A stretch of DNA of 64,000 nucleotides from Vicugna vicugna (taxonomy: Eukaryota). The position numbers and the translations under genes were made by a program. The notes under the pieces were generated by a model that did not search any database, was not told where the DNA came from, and saw nothing but the letters and a program-made list of their open reading frames with translations. The stretch is from contig MU058221.1 in assembly GCA_013265495.1 (NCBI GenBank), positions 2,170,001-2,234,000 on the forward strand. The letters run 5' to 3'. Of the stretch, positions 12,777 to 25,582 are shown one piece after another; the first letter of the stretch is position 1, and each line of letters opens with the position of its first letter.

Positions 12777-13237
12777 TGTTACCAAATGCAAGTTCATGTG
12801 CCCAACGCACCACGAGGCCAAACCAAAACATCGGAGTGCGGAGCAGAGAAGGGTTTATTTCAGGGCCGAGTAAGGAGGTCGCGGTGGCTCGTGCCCAAGA
12901 AATCCCCCGACTCCCTGAAGGGTCTTCACAAAGCATATTTTAAGGCCAGATAAGGGAAGAGCGGGGTCGCAGGATACGGGATCAGCTGGTGCACAACCTC
13001 TGATTGGTTGATGTGGAGGGAACAGGGTGGTCAACACCATCAACCCCCAGGCGCCAGAAGGTCTGGGGGCCACGTGCTCTCCATCATCAAGTAGTTCATT
13101 CCTTCCCTTCGGTGGTGGGTATTTAGCGTCTGGAAAACTCAGGAGATATGCATGAGATAGTATGAGAGGAGCTGCTGCAGAGGACATGGGGGAGGGGTCT
13201 GAGGCTGGAACGTCCCGCAGGGTCCTGCTGGGTTATG
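12777..13237 (-). mobile_element. ERV solo LTR, same family as 26207-26680
   Basis: Colinear by eye with 26207-26680 over its whole length; starts tgttacc; tttatt and ctgattgg (AATAAA and CCAAT on minus strand). Confidence 0.85.
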
Positions 13238-13518
13238 AGAGGGAAGCAGGTCCTGTGGGAGCAGATAGAAGGGGCGTATCTGGACGGAGAGTGGGTTCTC
13301 AGAGGACCGGCCCCATCAGGGCAAAGGAGAGGCACGCTCAGACCCTTCACACAGAAAGAGCAGCACACAGGACGTGGTGGCAGCTTCAGCGAACACGAGG
13401 GGCAGGAGATGGTTTCTGAAGTTCACGTGGTTCTGTAGGCCTGTGACTTCAGGCTCTGCTGCAGACACTTCCATGGCCAGCTTCATGCAAGTGACAGGTT
13501 TGTGCTTTGCACCCGCAG

Positions 13519-13785
13519 GAGCTGAAGGACCCCCACTGTCGGGATGAGATGGCAGCCGCCCGCGGGGCTCTGAAGAAGAACGCCACCATGCTGTACACTG
13601 CCTCCCAGGCCTTCCTCCGCCACCCGGATGTGGCCGCCACCAGGGCCAACAGAGATTACGTGTTCAAACAAGTCCAGGAGGCCATCGCCGGCATCTCCAA
13701 TGCTGCTCAAGCTACCTCGCCCACCGACGAAGCCAAAGGCCACACGGGCATCGGGGAGCTGGCCGCGGCTCTGAATGAGTTTGAT
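13519..13785 (+). CDS. CTNNA2: Catenin alpha-2 internal coding exon, probably exon 6; 89 codons, phase 0/0
   Basis: Translates ELKDPHCRDEMAAARGALKKNATMLYTASQAFLRHPDV...GHTGIGELAAALNEFD. Acceptor tttgcacccgcag|GAG; donor GAT|gtaagc. Confidence 0.98.
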
Positions 13786-16700
13786 GTAAGCAGCCGGGTG
13801 ATGGGCACGGTTGTGGGGGGTGGGGGGGTGTGCTTCCAGGGGAGAAATGCACTGGGGATGAAAGGCCACCGAGATAGAACACCTTGCTTTACCCCATTGG
13901 AGGCTTTGGTAGCAAGATAAATGGCCCGATATGTCACAGTTCCTAGGAATCCAGCGTGTTGGCAGAACCTGCTTGCCGGTCTTTAAGGAGCTGACGAGTG
14001 TGTTCAAGAGGGCCCGACCCCACGCAGGTGAAGCCCTGCACACTGTGACTTCCTTACCTCCCGGCTGTCCTAGGGACGGCTGACCACTGGCGTGATCACC
14101 TTTGGTATTCGAGAGGCAGATGTCATGGGCAGCGTGAGTGTAGTTGCCTCTGTGTTACGCTGTGTCTGGGTGAAAACTGCTCCCAGTTCTTCATGTTAAG
14201 TCAGCGGCAGGTGGACTTCGCCGCCCTCCCGTCCCACACGAGATGCCGGTCTTCCTGGCATCGGCCCCGCCGCGGGGCGTCTCTGTACCTCCGCGAGTGA
14301 CCCACTTCCGCACCTGCTGTTTCCAAGGGTGTGTCCCAGTGAGGGCAGCAGGGGAAGGGAGGCTCACTGTGCTTGGGCGTATTTAAGGCAAGGGAGTGAG
14401 TGGGAAGGACGCATGTCATCAACAGCCCAGGATGACAGCCCTCACGTCCGCGGGGTCGGGATCCGGGACCACCTGTGAGAAGGTTCCGCCCTTGTTCAGT
14501 GAAAGCGTGCGTGTGTTGTGAGCTCCAGAAATATTTAAGTAATCAGCGTCTGCTTTCAAGCATTCTGTTTTCCTGTAGGGGAGATAAAGGAAGCAGAATG
14601 TACTGAACGCTCCTTAGGTGATAAAATGCAGTGTTAACAGGAATTCATAGGAGAGAGGTCTGTGACTTCCCAGCTGTGGAGAAGGATGATGAGCTTGCTT
14701 TTGGGTGTGTTGACATGAGTATTTGGCAGGTGGTGAGTGGCTGTCTGCTAGAAAAGAGACCCAGAGCAAATGACTGTTAAGGGCGTGGAGGTGGGTGGTA
14801 CGAAGGACGGATCATTATCAAGCTCTACACACGTAATGCTTGACAGTTTTCACAGGCGTTTCTTTCCCTTGTTTTTTGGGTTAGTCTATATGTATATATC
14901 TATATCTAAATATATTCTATATATCTGTCTGTATACATATGTGAATATAGCTAGCTAGATAGATAGAAAGAACTCAGACCATATAATTTCCAAAGTGTTT
15001 TATACGGATTAAATAAGATAAATTTAAAGTATTTGCCATGGAGATTGGGCCTTAATATGTAATATATTCACAGTGGTTTAGGAGACAACAGAAAATTCAT
15101 TGGAATTAATAAGATAACTTCAATTGCCAATTTTAAAATAAACATACAGAAGTCACTAGATTTCCATAATGCAGAAAAAGAAAGAATAATGGAAAAGAGA
15201 TCCTGCTCACAAAGGAAACAATAAAAATAATTTGTTGGCCCTATGTCACTGCTTGATTTAATTTCATAAAGTTATATGTGTTAGAGATAATCCTGACAGA
15301 GAGGTGGGGGACCTAAGAGGGGAAATTATATGTCACTTTACTAGGGGTAAGTTTTTGGTAAATGGTGTCATGACCCCAGGTAGGGAAACCATTGACCCTA
15401 TCAAGTTCTATAATACTGAGACTATCCCTGTAAAAATTCTAGGAGAGCTCTTTTGGAACTTGACAGAGTGATGATAAAATTTTTTCCCCTCTTTTTTCTT
15501 TTTTCTGGAATAAGAATGGATGGGCCCATAATTTAATGAAACAAAAATGAGCAGGTCATGCACTCATGGTGCTTTTTAAACTTGAGCATAGCCAGACGCT
15601 TTAGCCACGTTTTGACAATTGCACTGTTATAAGCAGGGTTCGTTTCATAATCAAAAAGTAAGCAGTAAGACCTAAGTGAGGACCTGGTCACAGAGCTGGA
15701 GGGTGGCCTAGAGAGGATGTTCTTGAAGGATAGTTGAGACAGTTCAGCTGCTGCCACCTTCTGCCCAGGAGTGATCACTGCAGCTTCCCACTCCGTCAGT
15801 AAAAGGAGCTTTTACCAGCAGTGGGTTTAAGAGCTGGGACATCCCTGGAGTATTAGGGCTTTGGATTCCTGAAGTAAAACTCAAGGCCACATGGGGAAGG
15901 TCTGCTGGCAAAGTATGTCGGTGTATTTTTCAGCCATTCTAATGGAGTGGTATCTTCTCATGCTGGACAAGTGAGGTGTTGGGGAGATAACACATGAATA
16001 TAACAATCAGATGTTTTTATAGAAAAATGGCATATTAACTAAGTAATTCACTGACTGCATTTTATTAATTTATATATTATTATTCAATAGTTATATAATA
16101 TATAGCAATAATTGATAAATATGTTGTTATATATTGTATATATTAATTGAGTTTTATTACTTACATTAACTGAATATATTACATGTTAACTAAGTAATTA
16201 TGTATATTAGCTAGGTATATTAACCAAGTAATATTTTGTTATTAAATGTATATTAGTTTTCGAGCTATGTAAATTGTGTAAAGCCCCATCTGATGTTAAA
16301 AAATTTATTTCTCCAAAGTTGGCAAATCAGCATTTGGAGCTGTCTCAGCTGGCAAGTCATGGGTAGTAATTCCATTTGGTGTGGTTCCCTAAAAACAATT
16401 GTTTAGTAAATGCAATTAATTTCGGTACTTTCTCAAAAGTTGTAATGCTAGGAAAATATTATAGAACCTTAAAACATATAAGATAATTAGCCAGTTGTAG
16501 ATTTTGTGTCATTTCTGACACCAGCACACCTAGACAGTCCTTAACGATACTTGAAATTTTCTCTTAAAAATAATGTTCCACTTTCTTTACTTTGAAACAG
16601 AATTATAGATTTCTGTTTCATATTTGCATAATGAGTGCTTCGGTATTTTTTTTTTATTTCCCAGGCAAATTGACTTGAAATTGATTTAGAATTCACAAGC

Positions 16701-19700
16701 ATCTGTCCTGAATCCTAAATGCGATTCTCAGATATTAAATAAATTGATATTACATTGGGCGGGAAACTGACTCAAGCTTCCTGTGATTTACTTTTTCTGG
16801 TAATACTGTTTCCTGATGCTTGGTTTAATGGCTTGCCAAGGATTTGAAAAAGTAAAGCATCTTTAAGATTCTGAAGTGGAAGGAACTGTAGAAATATAAG
16901 GTGTTGTTTCAGTCAGCATAGCCAGCGTCCCCTAATGTTGCATTTGAAGTCCATCTCATAATAATAGTCATCATTATGTCGAACCCAGTTTTGTGGGAGG
17001 TTTGATGCAGAAGTGGCTTAGAGTTTCTTAGTTGATTGAGAACAAGGCAAAAATTAGTATGTTTGTCTTTTACATTCATTTGCCTGAAATTATAGGATTG
17101 ATTTCTACCTGAGTAGCTATAATTGGGGCTCAGCGCTTGGTGACCTGTTTTGGGGCACTGTTACTCTGCCTACAGGAAGAGCTGATGTAGCGATGTACGA
17201 AGTAAAAGACTGAGGGAAAAAAAGGCAGTATTTTAACAACTGGAAACTGTCAAGAGAGTCTGTAATGATACAGTAGCAGAAAGTAAAATGATTGCTAATC
17301 ATTGGGCAAATCCGCCTCTGTTTAAAAGTGTGGCAGCTTCAGGTAGTTAATTTTATCTCGTGAAACTGTCTACTAAGGAATACTGAGAAGAATTTAAACA
17401 AGTGTTAATGACTGCTCAGAGGTACCTCATGTTACAACGCCAGCTTTGACTGCTGGAGAACTTTCCAGAGTGGGAGAGAGGAAAATTAAAGTTATTCCTA
17501 CAGAACTTCTTTATTTTAGTAAAGAGAAGAGACGGCACCATACCTTGTTTTTTTGAAGCTTCTTTCAAGGACGAAGATACTTTGGAAAAATGGAAGTCAA
17601 CACCACTTGCAGCCCAGTCTTCATAATCGATAGCTATTTCCCTTTTAAAGTTACTGTTTTCTTTTAAATCAGACAACTCCTCTAATCTTAATCTCAAATC
17701 CCTCCAAACTGAAGTGTTCTCCTTCTGGTTTGGCTTCTTTCTTTTCCTATTTCCCTTGGGAATTTGCTTGATGGGTAATTCTTTTTCTTGCATATTCAGT
17801 TTCGCCTTCCCTTGCTCGGTCCCCTCAGCCTATGGAGAAGTGCACTTGTCTTCTACAACTTAAAAATAAAATGAAATAAAATGTTTGACTACCATGCTTA
17901 CCAGAGTCTCATATTTCACTGTTTTTTTTTCCCCTTAAAGAATTCTGTAACAAGTAGATTCTGATTGACTTGGCTGCCGACTGGCTCTTACTGCTTTCAT
18001 CTTGTCATCTGCCCTCTGCTCCTGTCCCCGCTCTGTGTCTGAGGGTCTCCAGGGACCCCTCACTCATTAGCCCCTAGTTCTCAGCTGCTTCCACTTTGGA
18101 AGGAGGGGGACATTTAGTATTATCTGCACCCTCTCTTTCACGGTACCACTTCTCGCTCTCTGGGTTTCAGTATCTGGCCCTAAGAAGTAAGGACCATCTG
18201 CTCTCAACTATGTTGAGCTGCAGTGTCGCCGTGCCGGCTCCGCCTAAGTCGCCCTTTTCACTCCTGCCTCATGTTTGTGCCTCCCCTCCACCTCCTTGGC
18301 TTTTCTTCCTTGCTTCTCCTTCTTCTTTTTGCATGGATTTCCTTTTCTTAGATCTGGCTTTAACCCTCTCACCAACCTGGTGTTCGGTGGGCGGGAGTGT
18401 TGGAATGGGAGGGTCAGGAATGATGCGACAGCTACGTCGCGGGCCGATGAGGATGGCGAGGATCTGTAATCCAGCAGTGTTGCGGGGCCGAGGCTGCCCG
18501 CAGCGGTGAGGGAACTTGCCCTGGGGAGCGCCTCCGTGCTCCGGGGCTCATTCCCTAGGCTAGTTCCAGCGGTGAGCTCTTCTCAGGCGTGCATTGTGTT
18601 CCAGAAGCTCTCGGCCAGAGACAGAGGTGAAGCAGCAGGAGTCACCCAGGTGGGAGAGGTCGCTTCCCAGCAGAACGCCAGCCCGTTTCTGGGAGGTGGG
18701 GACGAGTTTTCTGGGTACCCAGGAGGATGAACATCTGTGGACGAGGGCTTGAGATCCAGTGTTGGAAGACAGCTCAGTAAAGAGCTGGAGCGCCACATGG
18801 GCAACTTAGGTCAGAGGCCCAAGTACATGACCTCAGAGATCCACCCTGAAGGAGCCTGGAGAAGGAGGAGGTTTCCTGTTGACCGTCTTCTCCAAATATC
18901 ACTCACCTTTTTGAGCAGGAAACAGTGGTTTCTTATCATCCTGACTAGCCCGAATAGATGCCCGTGTGGAAGTCCTGGTCCCATAAGGAGTCATGAAACG
19001 GAATTCTGGCTGGCTCAGGGATTCTTTTAAGAGATCCTACTGGCTCGTGGGCTCCACTGTGTCTGGGAAGGAGGAAGGCCTCCTTGGAGAAGTACGTTGT
19101 CACAGAACGCCTTGTTCGGTCCCTTCCCAGGCCTAACCCTCCCTTTTGCTGTGGAAATCAGCAGAGTTGTTTATCAGAGAGGCTTACCCCTTCTTTGATG
19201 TTCCCCAGAGTCATTCTGACTGCAGACGTCTGGGAACTCCCATATGGGGTTAAGAAGATCATACGTTTTCTATGCACTTCATTCCATTAGCGTGAGGGCA
19301 GAGAGAGGAGAGGGCCTATCAGAATGCTGTGAACACACTGGTAAGGAAAATGCAATTTGTAGCTAGTCTTTTAAAGCAGTTAGGAAGGTAGACGCCAAAT
19401 GCAAAAAAATGAAAGCCAGTTAGGCAGGACCATTTAGCATTTGGAAAGCAATTTCAGATTTCTATTTCAGGTACTAAAAAGATGGAGCCGGCAAACTCAG
19501 CAGTTTGCTGCCTGTCTGAGTCTGAGCCAGTATTTTTGAAGGCTTAACATCTGTACTGTTAAGTCTCTTATTCTTTAATGCTTTTATTAGTATTCCTTAA
19601 TAATGTTCTCTGCTGTATTCCTATGGAGCGGTTCTGACAGTGGTTCTTGGCTGTTGGAAGTAGCCTGAGACACTGGGGAGAGCCCAGAACTTGGATTCAG

Positions 19701-20884
19701 GTGTCTGGCTGCTACTTCAAGCTCTGTACATAACTGTAAAGATGTGTGACCTGGAGTTACTGAGATAGCCTCTCTAGGCCTTGGAATAAAGTTTAGGCAT
19801 AGCTGAGAGCATTCCTTAAGCGCTTAAAGCATGCCACGTGAGATGTTAGAATGAAAGTTGATGGGGTATGAAGAAGAAATGCTTACTAAACAGCTTTAGT
19901 TACTGCAGTGCCTAAGTGTGCAGTGTGCACCTATGTACATAATATGCACCTCACCTTTGAGGGGGGAGGCAGTGAGATTAGGGACGGTGAAATCACGGAA
20001 GACTTCCTGGAAGAGGTGGCACACACGTAGGCGTTAGCATGATGAGTGTGAATGAGAGTGCTTCTCAGACAGAGAGAACATCATTGCACGCAGAGGCGTG
20101 GTGGGCAGAACTGGCTGAGTCCGTGAGCTTCAGGAAGGTTCTAGAGCTGTGTTGGTCTTGCAGGGGGCTGGGCTTCAACCTGATGGTGTTAGGAAGTTGC
20201 TGGTGATCTCAGCGGGGGAACGCATGGGCACATTTGTGTTTTTATTTTCCTTTCTTTTTCTTTAGTTGTATTTGTGTTTTTATTTATTCATATTTTTTCT
20301 TTCTTTTCAAAATTTAGTTTAGATTTGTGTTTTTAAAGATCCCTCTGGCTGCAGGCTGGAGAATGGATTCGAACAAGGCGAAGCTGCCGCCCAGAGAGGG
20401 TGACTAGGGTGGGGGGTGACGAACGTCCGAGCAGCTCCCAGGAGCAGCGCGTGCATGGCCCGAACCACGCGGAGGGAGTGGGATCGCCAGGCGGTGGGAA
20501 CCGCGCTTCCGACCCTCATGTATCAAAAGGGTTGATGTTTGTGCAGGAGGTTAGTTAATGAAAAAAATATTTTTTGCAATTCCGATTAGGAAATCTTGAG
20601 AACTTTCAGTCGTTTGTGGAATCCTTGATATTTTGCCTAATACAACTTTCTCGCATTGTTTTCTTTTTTTCTGGCTCTTAGTTTACTTACTTACATTCCC
20701 ACCAGTGTGGTTATTAAATGCGTGGTAATGTATGGATCTGTATTTTGAACGTTGCTCATCCACATTCTTCAGCGTCTTGGATTTTTCTAACTTAGCTTAA
20801 GTTACTTAACGTTGAATTGACCTCCTATCAGTATGTACTTACGAATGCTCATTTCACTACAAAAAAAAAAAAAAAAAAAAACCC

Positions 20885-20950
20885 NNNNNNNNNNNNNNNN
20901 NNNNNNNNNNNNNNNNNNNNNNNNNNNNNNNNNNNNNNNNNNNNNNNNNN
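20885..20950. other. Assembly gap (66 N) between a poly(A) run and an (AT)n run
   Basis: Run of n in the sequence. Confidence 1.
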
Positions 20951-21282
20951 ATATATATATATATATTCCTTTTCATATCTTTCATTACAGGCTATTACAA
21001 AGTATTGACTATAGTTCCTTATGCTGTACAGTAGGACCTTCTTGTTTATCTAATTTTTATATAGAAAGTAGTTAGTAACTGCAAATCACGAACTCCCGAT
21101 GTATCCCTTCCCACTCCCTTCCCTGCCCCCTGGTAACCATAAGTTTGGTTTCTATGTCTGTGAGTCTGTTTCTGTTTTGTAAATAAGTTCATTTGTCTCA
21201 TACTTTTAGACTCCACGTATGAGTGATATGTCATACGGTACTTTTCTGACTTGCTTCACTTAGAAAGAGAATCTCCACATCC
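20951..21282 (-). mobile_element. LINE-1 3'UTR fragment, tail lost in the gap
   Basis: tgtgagtctgtttctgttttgtaaataagttcatttgt...cttcacttag matches the other L1 3' ends in reverse orientation. Confidence 0.9.
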
Positions 21283-22534
21283 TCTTAATCCTGCGGGAGT
21301 CTAGCTGAGAACCGGCAGCGGCGTTTGGGCATTCTTTATCAGACACTGACATCTGGTGGCCAAACGGAACGTTAAGGAATCCTCCAGTGGGTTTCCATCT
21401 CCCTGTCAGCCCTGCACAACCTGAGTGCTCCGCCCTGTGTGCAAACTCAGGGGATGCAGATGTGGACGGGGCGTAGCCTGCCTTCAGAGAACTCTTAGTC
21501 GTACCACACCCTTGTGTACAGTGATGTTATGCACTGGAAGTTGCATTAATCCTTTTTGGAAAAGTTTGTAGCCCTGGGAAGCTGGTAAAGGTGGATACAG
21601 ATGAGTTTTGGGGAAGAGACGCTCCAGGCAGTGGGGAGAGATGAGGGTGGTCCTGCTGGCGGAGTGGGAGACAGTCGCGAGCATTTGGGCAAGCTGTTCT
21701 CTGCTTTTTGAGCTGTGCCACATCCCTGCCAGGACCCGTTTATCCCTTATCATCATTTATTCTGGATGACTGACACCTCCCGTATCTTCTTGCTGCCAAG
21801 AAGCTTTCGTTTCTTCAGGCGTTATAAACCTAGGAGTGTTTCCTGACTGTATCATTTACTTTTCTATCATATTTTATTATAATTACCAAGGAAATACCCC
21901 AAGACAATTTGATTTCTCTTGAACGTTTCAGTTAGTAAATGTGGAGCTACAAAAAAGAGTTATCAAGGAAATGACAATTCTGAGATTTGAAATACCGTTT
22001 TTGAAAATTATGGTTCAAATTCTCATTTATCTGCCTCCCTGACATCTTTAGTCAACAGCATTGTATTTCCAATCTTGTTTCCTTTCTTCTCACAAGGGAA
22101 AATGTGAGAATCTGTATTTTCCCCATGATAATAACTTTCTTTTTTAAGAATATTGCCTCATTCTGTGGATCTGAGTTCACTGTTATTTCAGGTGATTAGT
22201 ACTAAGTCTAACAGTGAACACTGACATAATTGATTATCTTATTCTTAATTGTCTAAACATGTGATGGCAAACAGCGTTTTGCTTGTCATGTACTTATGAG
22301 TCATGCTTTAAAATTTGGGACCCAAACGAGTCCTTTTATCTAGTGAATTATTCGTGAGTAGTGTAGTTTATTTAAAATGTTTACCTCCGTACTCTTCTTT
22401 CTTTCATGATTTCTTGTGTTAGAAGTGTTTGCCTTTACTTAGCGCTCCCTTCTTGTGTGTTTCCCATGGCACAGCAATGAGTACGGGGTACAGATTTATA
22501 GGATACGATTTGCTCAGATTTCGTGATGAAGTAA

Positions 22535-22584
22535 ACACGCACACACACACAGACACACACGTGTGCGCACACACGCACACACAC
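22535..22584. repeat. Imperfect (CA)n microsatellite
   Basis: acacgcacacacacacagacacacacgtgtgcgcacacacgcacacacac. Confidence 0.9.
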
Positions 22585-23087
22585 GAGCAAACTCTACTTA
22601 CACCAGAGAGATTGAGTGTCCCGCTCACTTCGGGTAGATCAGCCGCTGTTTACGGGCCTGGAAGCAGAGGAAGCCTTTGGTCCTTGCCATTCCCGGTGGG
22701 GCTGTCCTGTTACTGCCTGGCCTCCCCCGGTGACTGAGTAGCTCCGTAAGCTTTCTTTTCCCATAGGTGACGTGGGTCTAATGTGGCCGTAGAGATTTGC
22801 TGTGAGAGTTAAAATCTTTTCCAAAAACACTTCGTGGGGTGGCTGACCCAACACTAGATACGCGTTAGCGCTGGTGCTGGTGAGAAATGGGTGCTTTTCT
22901 ATTACTGCATTTTTCACTAAAAAAAAAAAAATCCTTTACCCTTGATGTATGTATTTTTAGAAAGTGATCTAAAATTTGCCTCTTTGGTTGAAAGTTTAAA
23001 AGATGAAGTTTCAAAACGTGTTACTTGAAGAAAGTTTATATTGTAGCTTTAGCTAATATTGACCAACCCTTCAAAACAGACTTTAGA

Positions 23088-24110
23088 ATAAACAAATGGG
23101 ACCTAATGAAACTTACAAGCTTCTGCAGAGCAAAGGAAACCAGAAATAAAACAAGAAGAAAACCTGCGGAATGGGAGAAAATTTTTGCAAGTGAAACCGA
23201 CAAAGGCTTGATCTCCAGAATATATAGGCAGCTCATACGACATAATAAGATAAGAAATAAACAACCCAATCCAAAAATGGGCAGAAGACCTAAACAAGCA
23301 ACTCTCCAAGGAAGACATACAAATGATCAAAAAGCACATGAAAAAATGTTCAATATCACTAATTATCAGAGAAATGCAAATCAAAACTACAATGAGGTAT
23401 CACCTCACACCAGTCAGAATGGCCGTCATTCAAAAATCCAAAAATGACAAATGCTGGAGAGGCTGTGGAGAAAGGGGAACCCTCCTACACTGCTGGTGGG
23501 AATGCAGTTTGGTGCAGCCACTATGGAAAACAGTGTGGAGATTCCTCAAAAGACTAGGAATAGACTTACCATATGACCCAGGAATCCCACTTCTGGGCTT
23601 GTACCCAGAAGGAAATCTACTTCAGGATGACACCTGCACCCCAATGTTCATAGCAGCACTATTTACAATAGCCAAAACATGGAAACAACCTAAATGTCCA
23701 TCAACAGGTGACTGGATAAAGAAGAGGTGGTATATTTATACAATGGAATACTACTCAGCCATAAAAACCGACAACATAATGCCATTTGCAGCAACATGGA
23801 TGATCCTAGAGAATGTCATTCTAAGTGAAGTAAGCCAGAAAGAGAAAGAAAAATACCATATGAGATCGCTCATATGTGGAATCTAAAAAACAAAAACAAA
23901 CAAAAAAACAAAAACAAAGCATAAATACAGGACAGAAATAGACTCATGGACAGAGAATACAGACTTGTGGTTACCAGGGGGGTAGAGGGTGGGAAGGGAT
24001 AGACTGGGATTTCAAAATTGTAGAATAGATAAACAAGATTACACTGTATAGCACAGGGAAATATACACAAAATGTTATGATAAATCACAGAGAAAAAAAT
24101 GTGAAAAAAA
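23088..24110 (+). mobile_element. Relatively young 5'-truncated LINE-1 (~1 kb), ORF2 C-terminus open for 187 codons
   Basis: ORF 23323-23886 contains [10 protein letters not shown], the CCHC-type [19 protein letters not shown] motif, and ends [10 protein letters not shown]; upstream INKWDLMKL part is frameshifted; near-perfect TSD aaaacagactttaga / aaaacaactttaga. Confidence 0.97.
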
Positions 24111-24850
24111 AACAACTTTAGACATTTATGATCGTAAGTAATGGTCAGATTGCCACACGCCTGAAAAAGTAAATAAAAGGTTCGTTACTGGCAAATGGGA
24201 TCCTAGGAAGTAAGGTATAAACCGTGTGTGTCAGTCTTTGGCGCAAAACCTTCAAACAAATTGTCTTCTAATTCCTCACTTGTGCCACCTGCTTCTTTTG
24301 CTCATGTCAGTAGTTCTAATTCAGCAGTGTGTTCTTTATTGTCACTTTTTGTTCACAATTGTGCATTTATAACTATGCAGAAACCACTTGTACTAGATTC
24401 ATTTTATCTGAGAGTAATTGCCATGCGTTATAAAATGGTCACTCCTAGGTGACCATGGCTCACGCCCCTGTGAGAGGAGTCGTGGGCTTAAAATCAGCGC
24501 TCGGAGTGGATGTCCGTGTCCAGGGATGGGCTGGGGGCGGGGACACCCGTTGTCAGGCCTTAGCCGCTTTCCAGCTCTGGGCTCCACTTAGTTAAGCTTG
24601 GCTCAGCCTCGTGTATCGTAGTGAGGAGAGGCTACTTCTCTGCCAGGCCGGAGCAGAGCAGCGCTGGGGGAGAGGCCACGCCCGCTGTCACTGGTTTAAA
24701 CTCGTGCGGTTCAGACCCGGGGCCCTGCGACGGGGCCTCACACGGCCGCGTGTGCAGCGTGGACGGGAGGGGAGGGACAGCGGGTCTCCCAGTGACGGGC
24801 ATGCTGGCGAGCGTGGAGCCTGGGGGGCAGAAAGCAGAACAAGGAGTCTC

Positions 24851-25582
24851 AGCGGCAAAAACCGCAGCAGCTCAGGTCGAGGGGGAGAGCCGAAGGGGGA
24901 GACCACGAGGGGTGCGCCGCCTGCCGCCGGCGGGCGCAGCCGGTGCTCCAGGTTCTCGTCCCGCCGTCCCCGAAGGAACTCAGAGACAAGACGTAGTGGT
25001 TAAAAAAGCAAAGTGAGGATTTATTAAAGGATGGACAGCACACCCTCAAGGGGAGGGCGGGCAGGCTCACAGGAGCGGCTGCCCTGAGCTTCTTTGGCAA
25101 GTTGGTCACAGAGGGTGTAAAAATGAATGGGCAGAATATTCATTGGGGAGGGACGGGTTTGGGGTCATATTCCCTGATTATCATCCCAGCTCCACCTTCC
25201 CGGAGGGAGGAGGGATTTTTGTCCGTATTTAGCCTGAATCAAAAGTCTCATGGTGTCGGTGCATGCTGGGAACTTCTGATCTGTAAGGCTAATTTTATTG
25301 AGATGAGGGCATAATGAGCAAAAGGTCACATTCGGACCCTGGAGATTCCTGCCTTTCCCCTCCTTTCTTTGTCAGACTCCAGACTGCTCATCACCCCAGA
25401 AGGTGTGACCACTTACCATCCCAGAGGTTCCTGCTTTTCTTTCTCTGCCTAGGGACCCCCTGGTGCTCACATGATGTGTGGTTTCCCGCATTTGGCCTGT
25501 GCCCCTCCTTTCTGCCCAGGTCCTGCCCTGTGGCCTGCGTCCCCGTCTCTCTGCTCAGGTCTAGCTGTCTGCTGCTCTGACG
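24851..25582 (-). mobile_element. ERV solo LTR (third family), GC-rich left end
   Basis: Minus-LTR layout ccaggttctcgtc...gaactcagagacaagacgtagt...gatttattaaagg; termini decayed, no clean TSD, boundaries approximate. Confidence 0.7.

Noticed and set aside
13449..14043. Antisense ORFs over the second exon
   Set aside because: Shadow frames of a high-GC3 coding exon.
20861..20965. Poly(A) plus (AT)n as a retrocopy end
   Set aside because: Abuts an N gap, so the structure cannot be resolved.
23323..23886. 187-aa ORF as a host gene
   Set aside because: It is the LINE-1 ORF2 C-terminus without endonuclease or RT domains.
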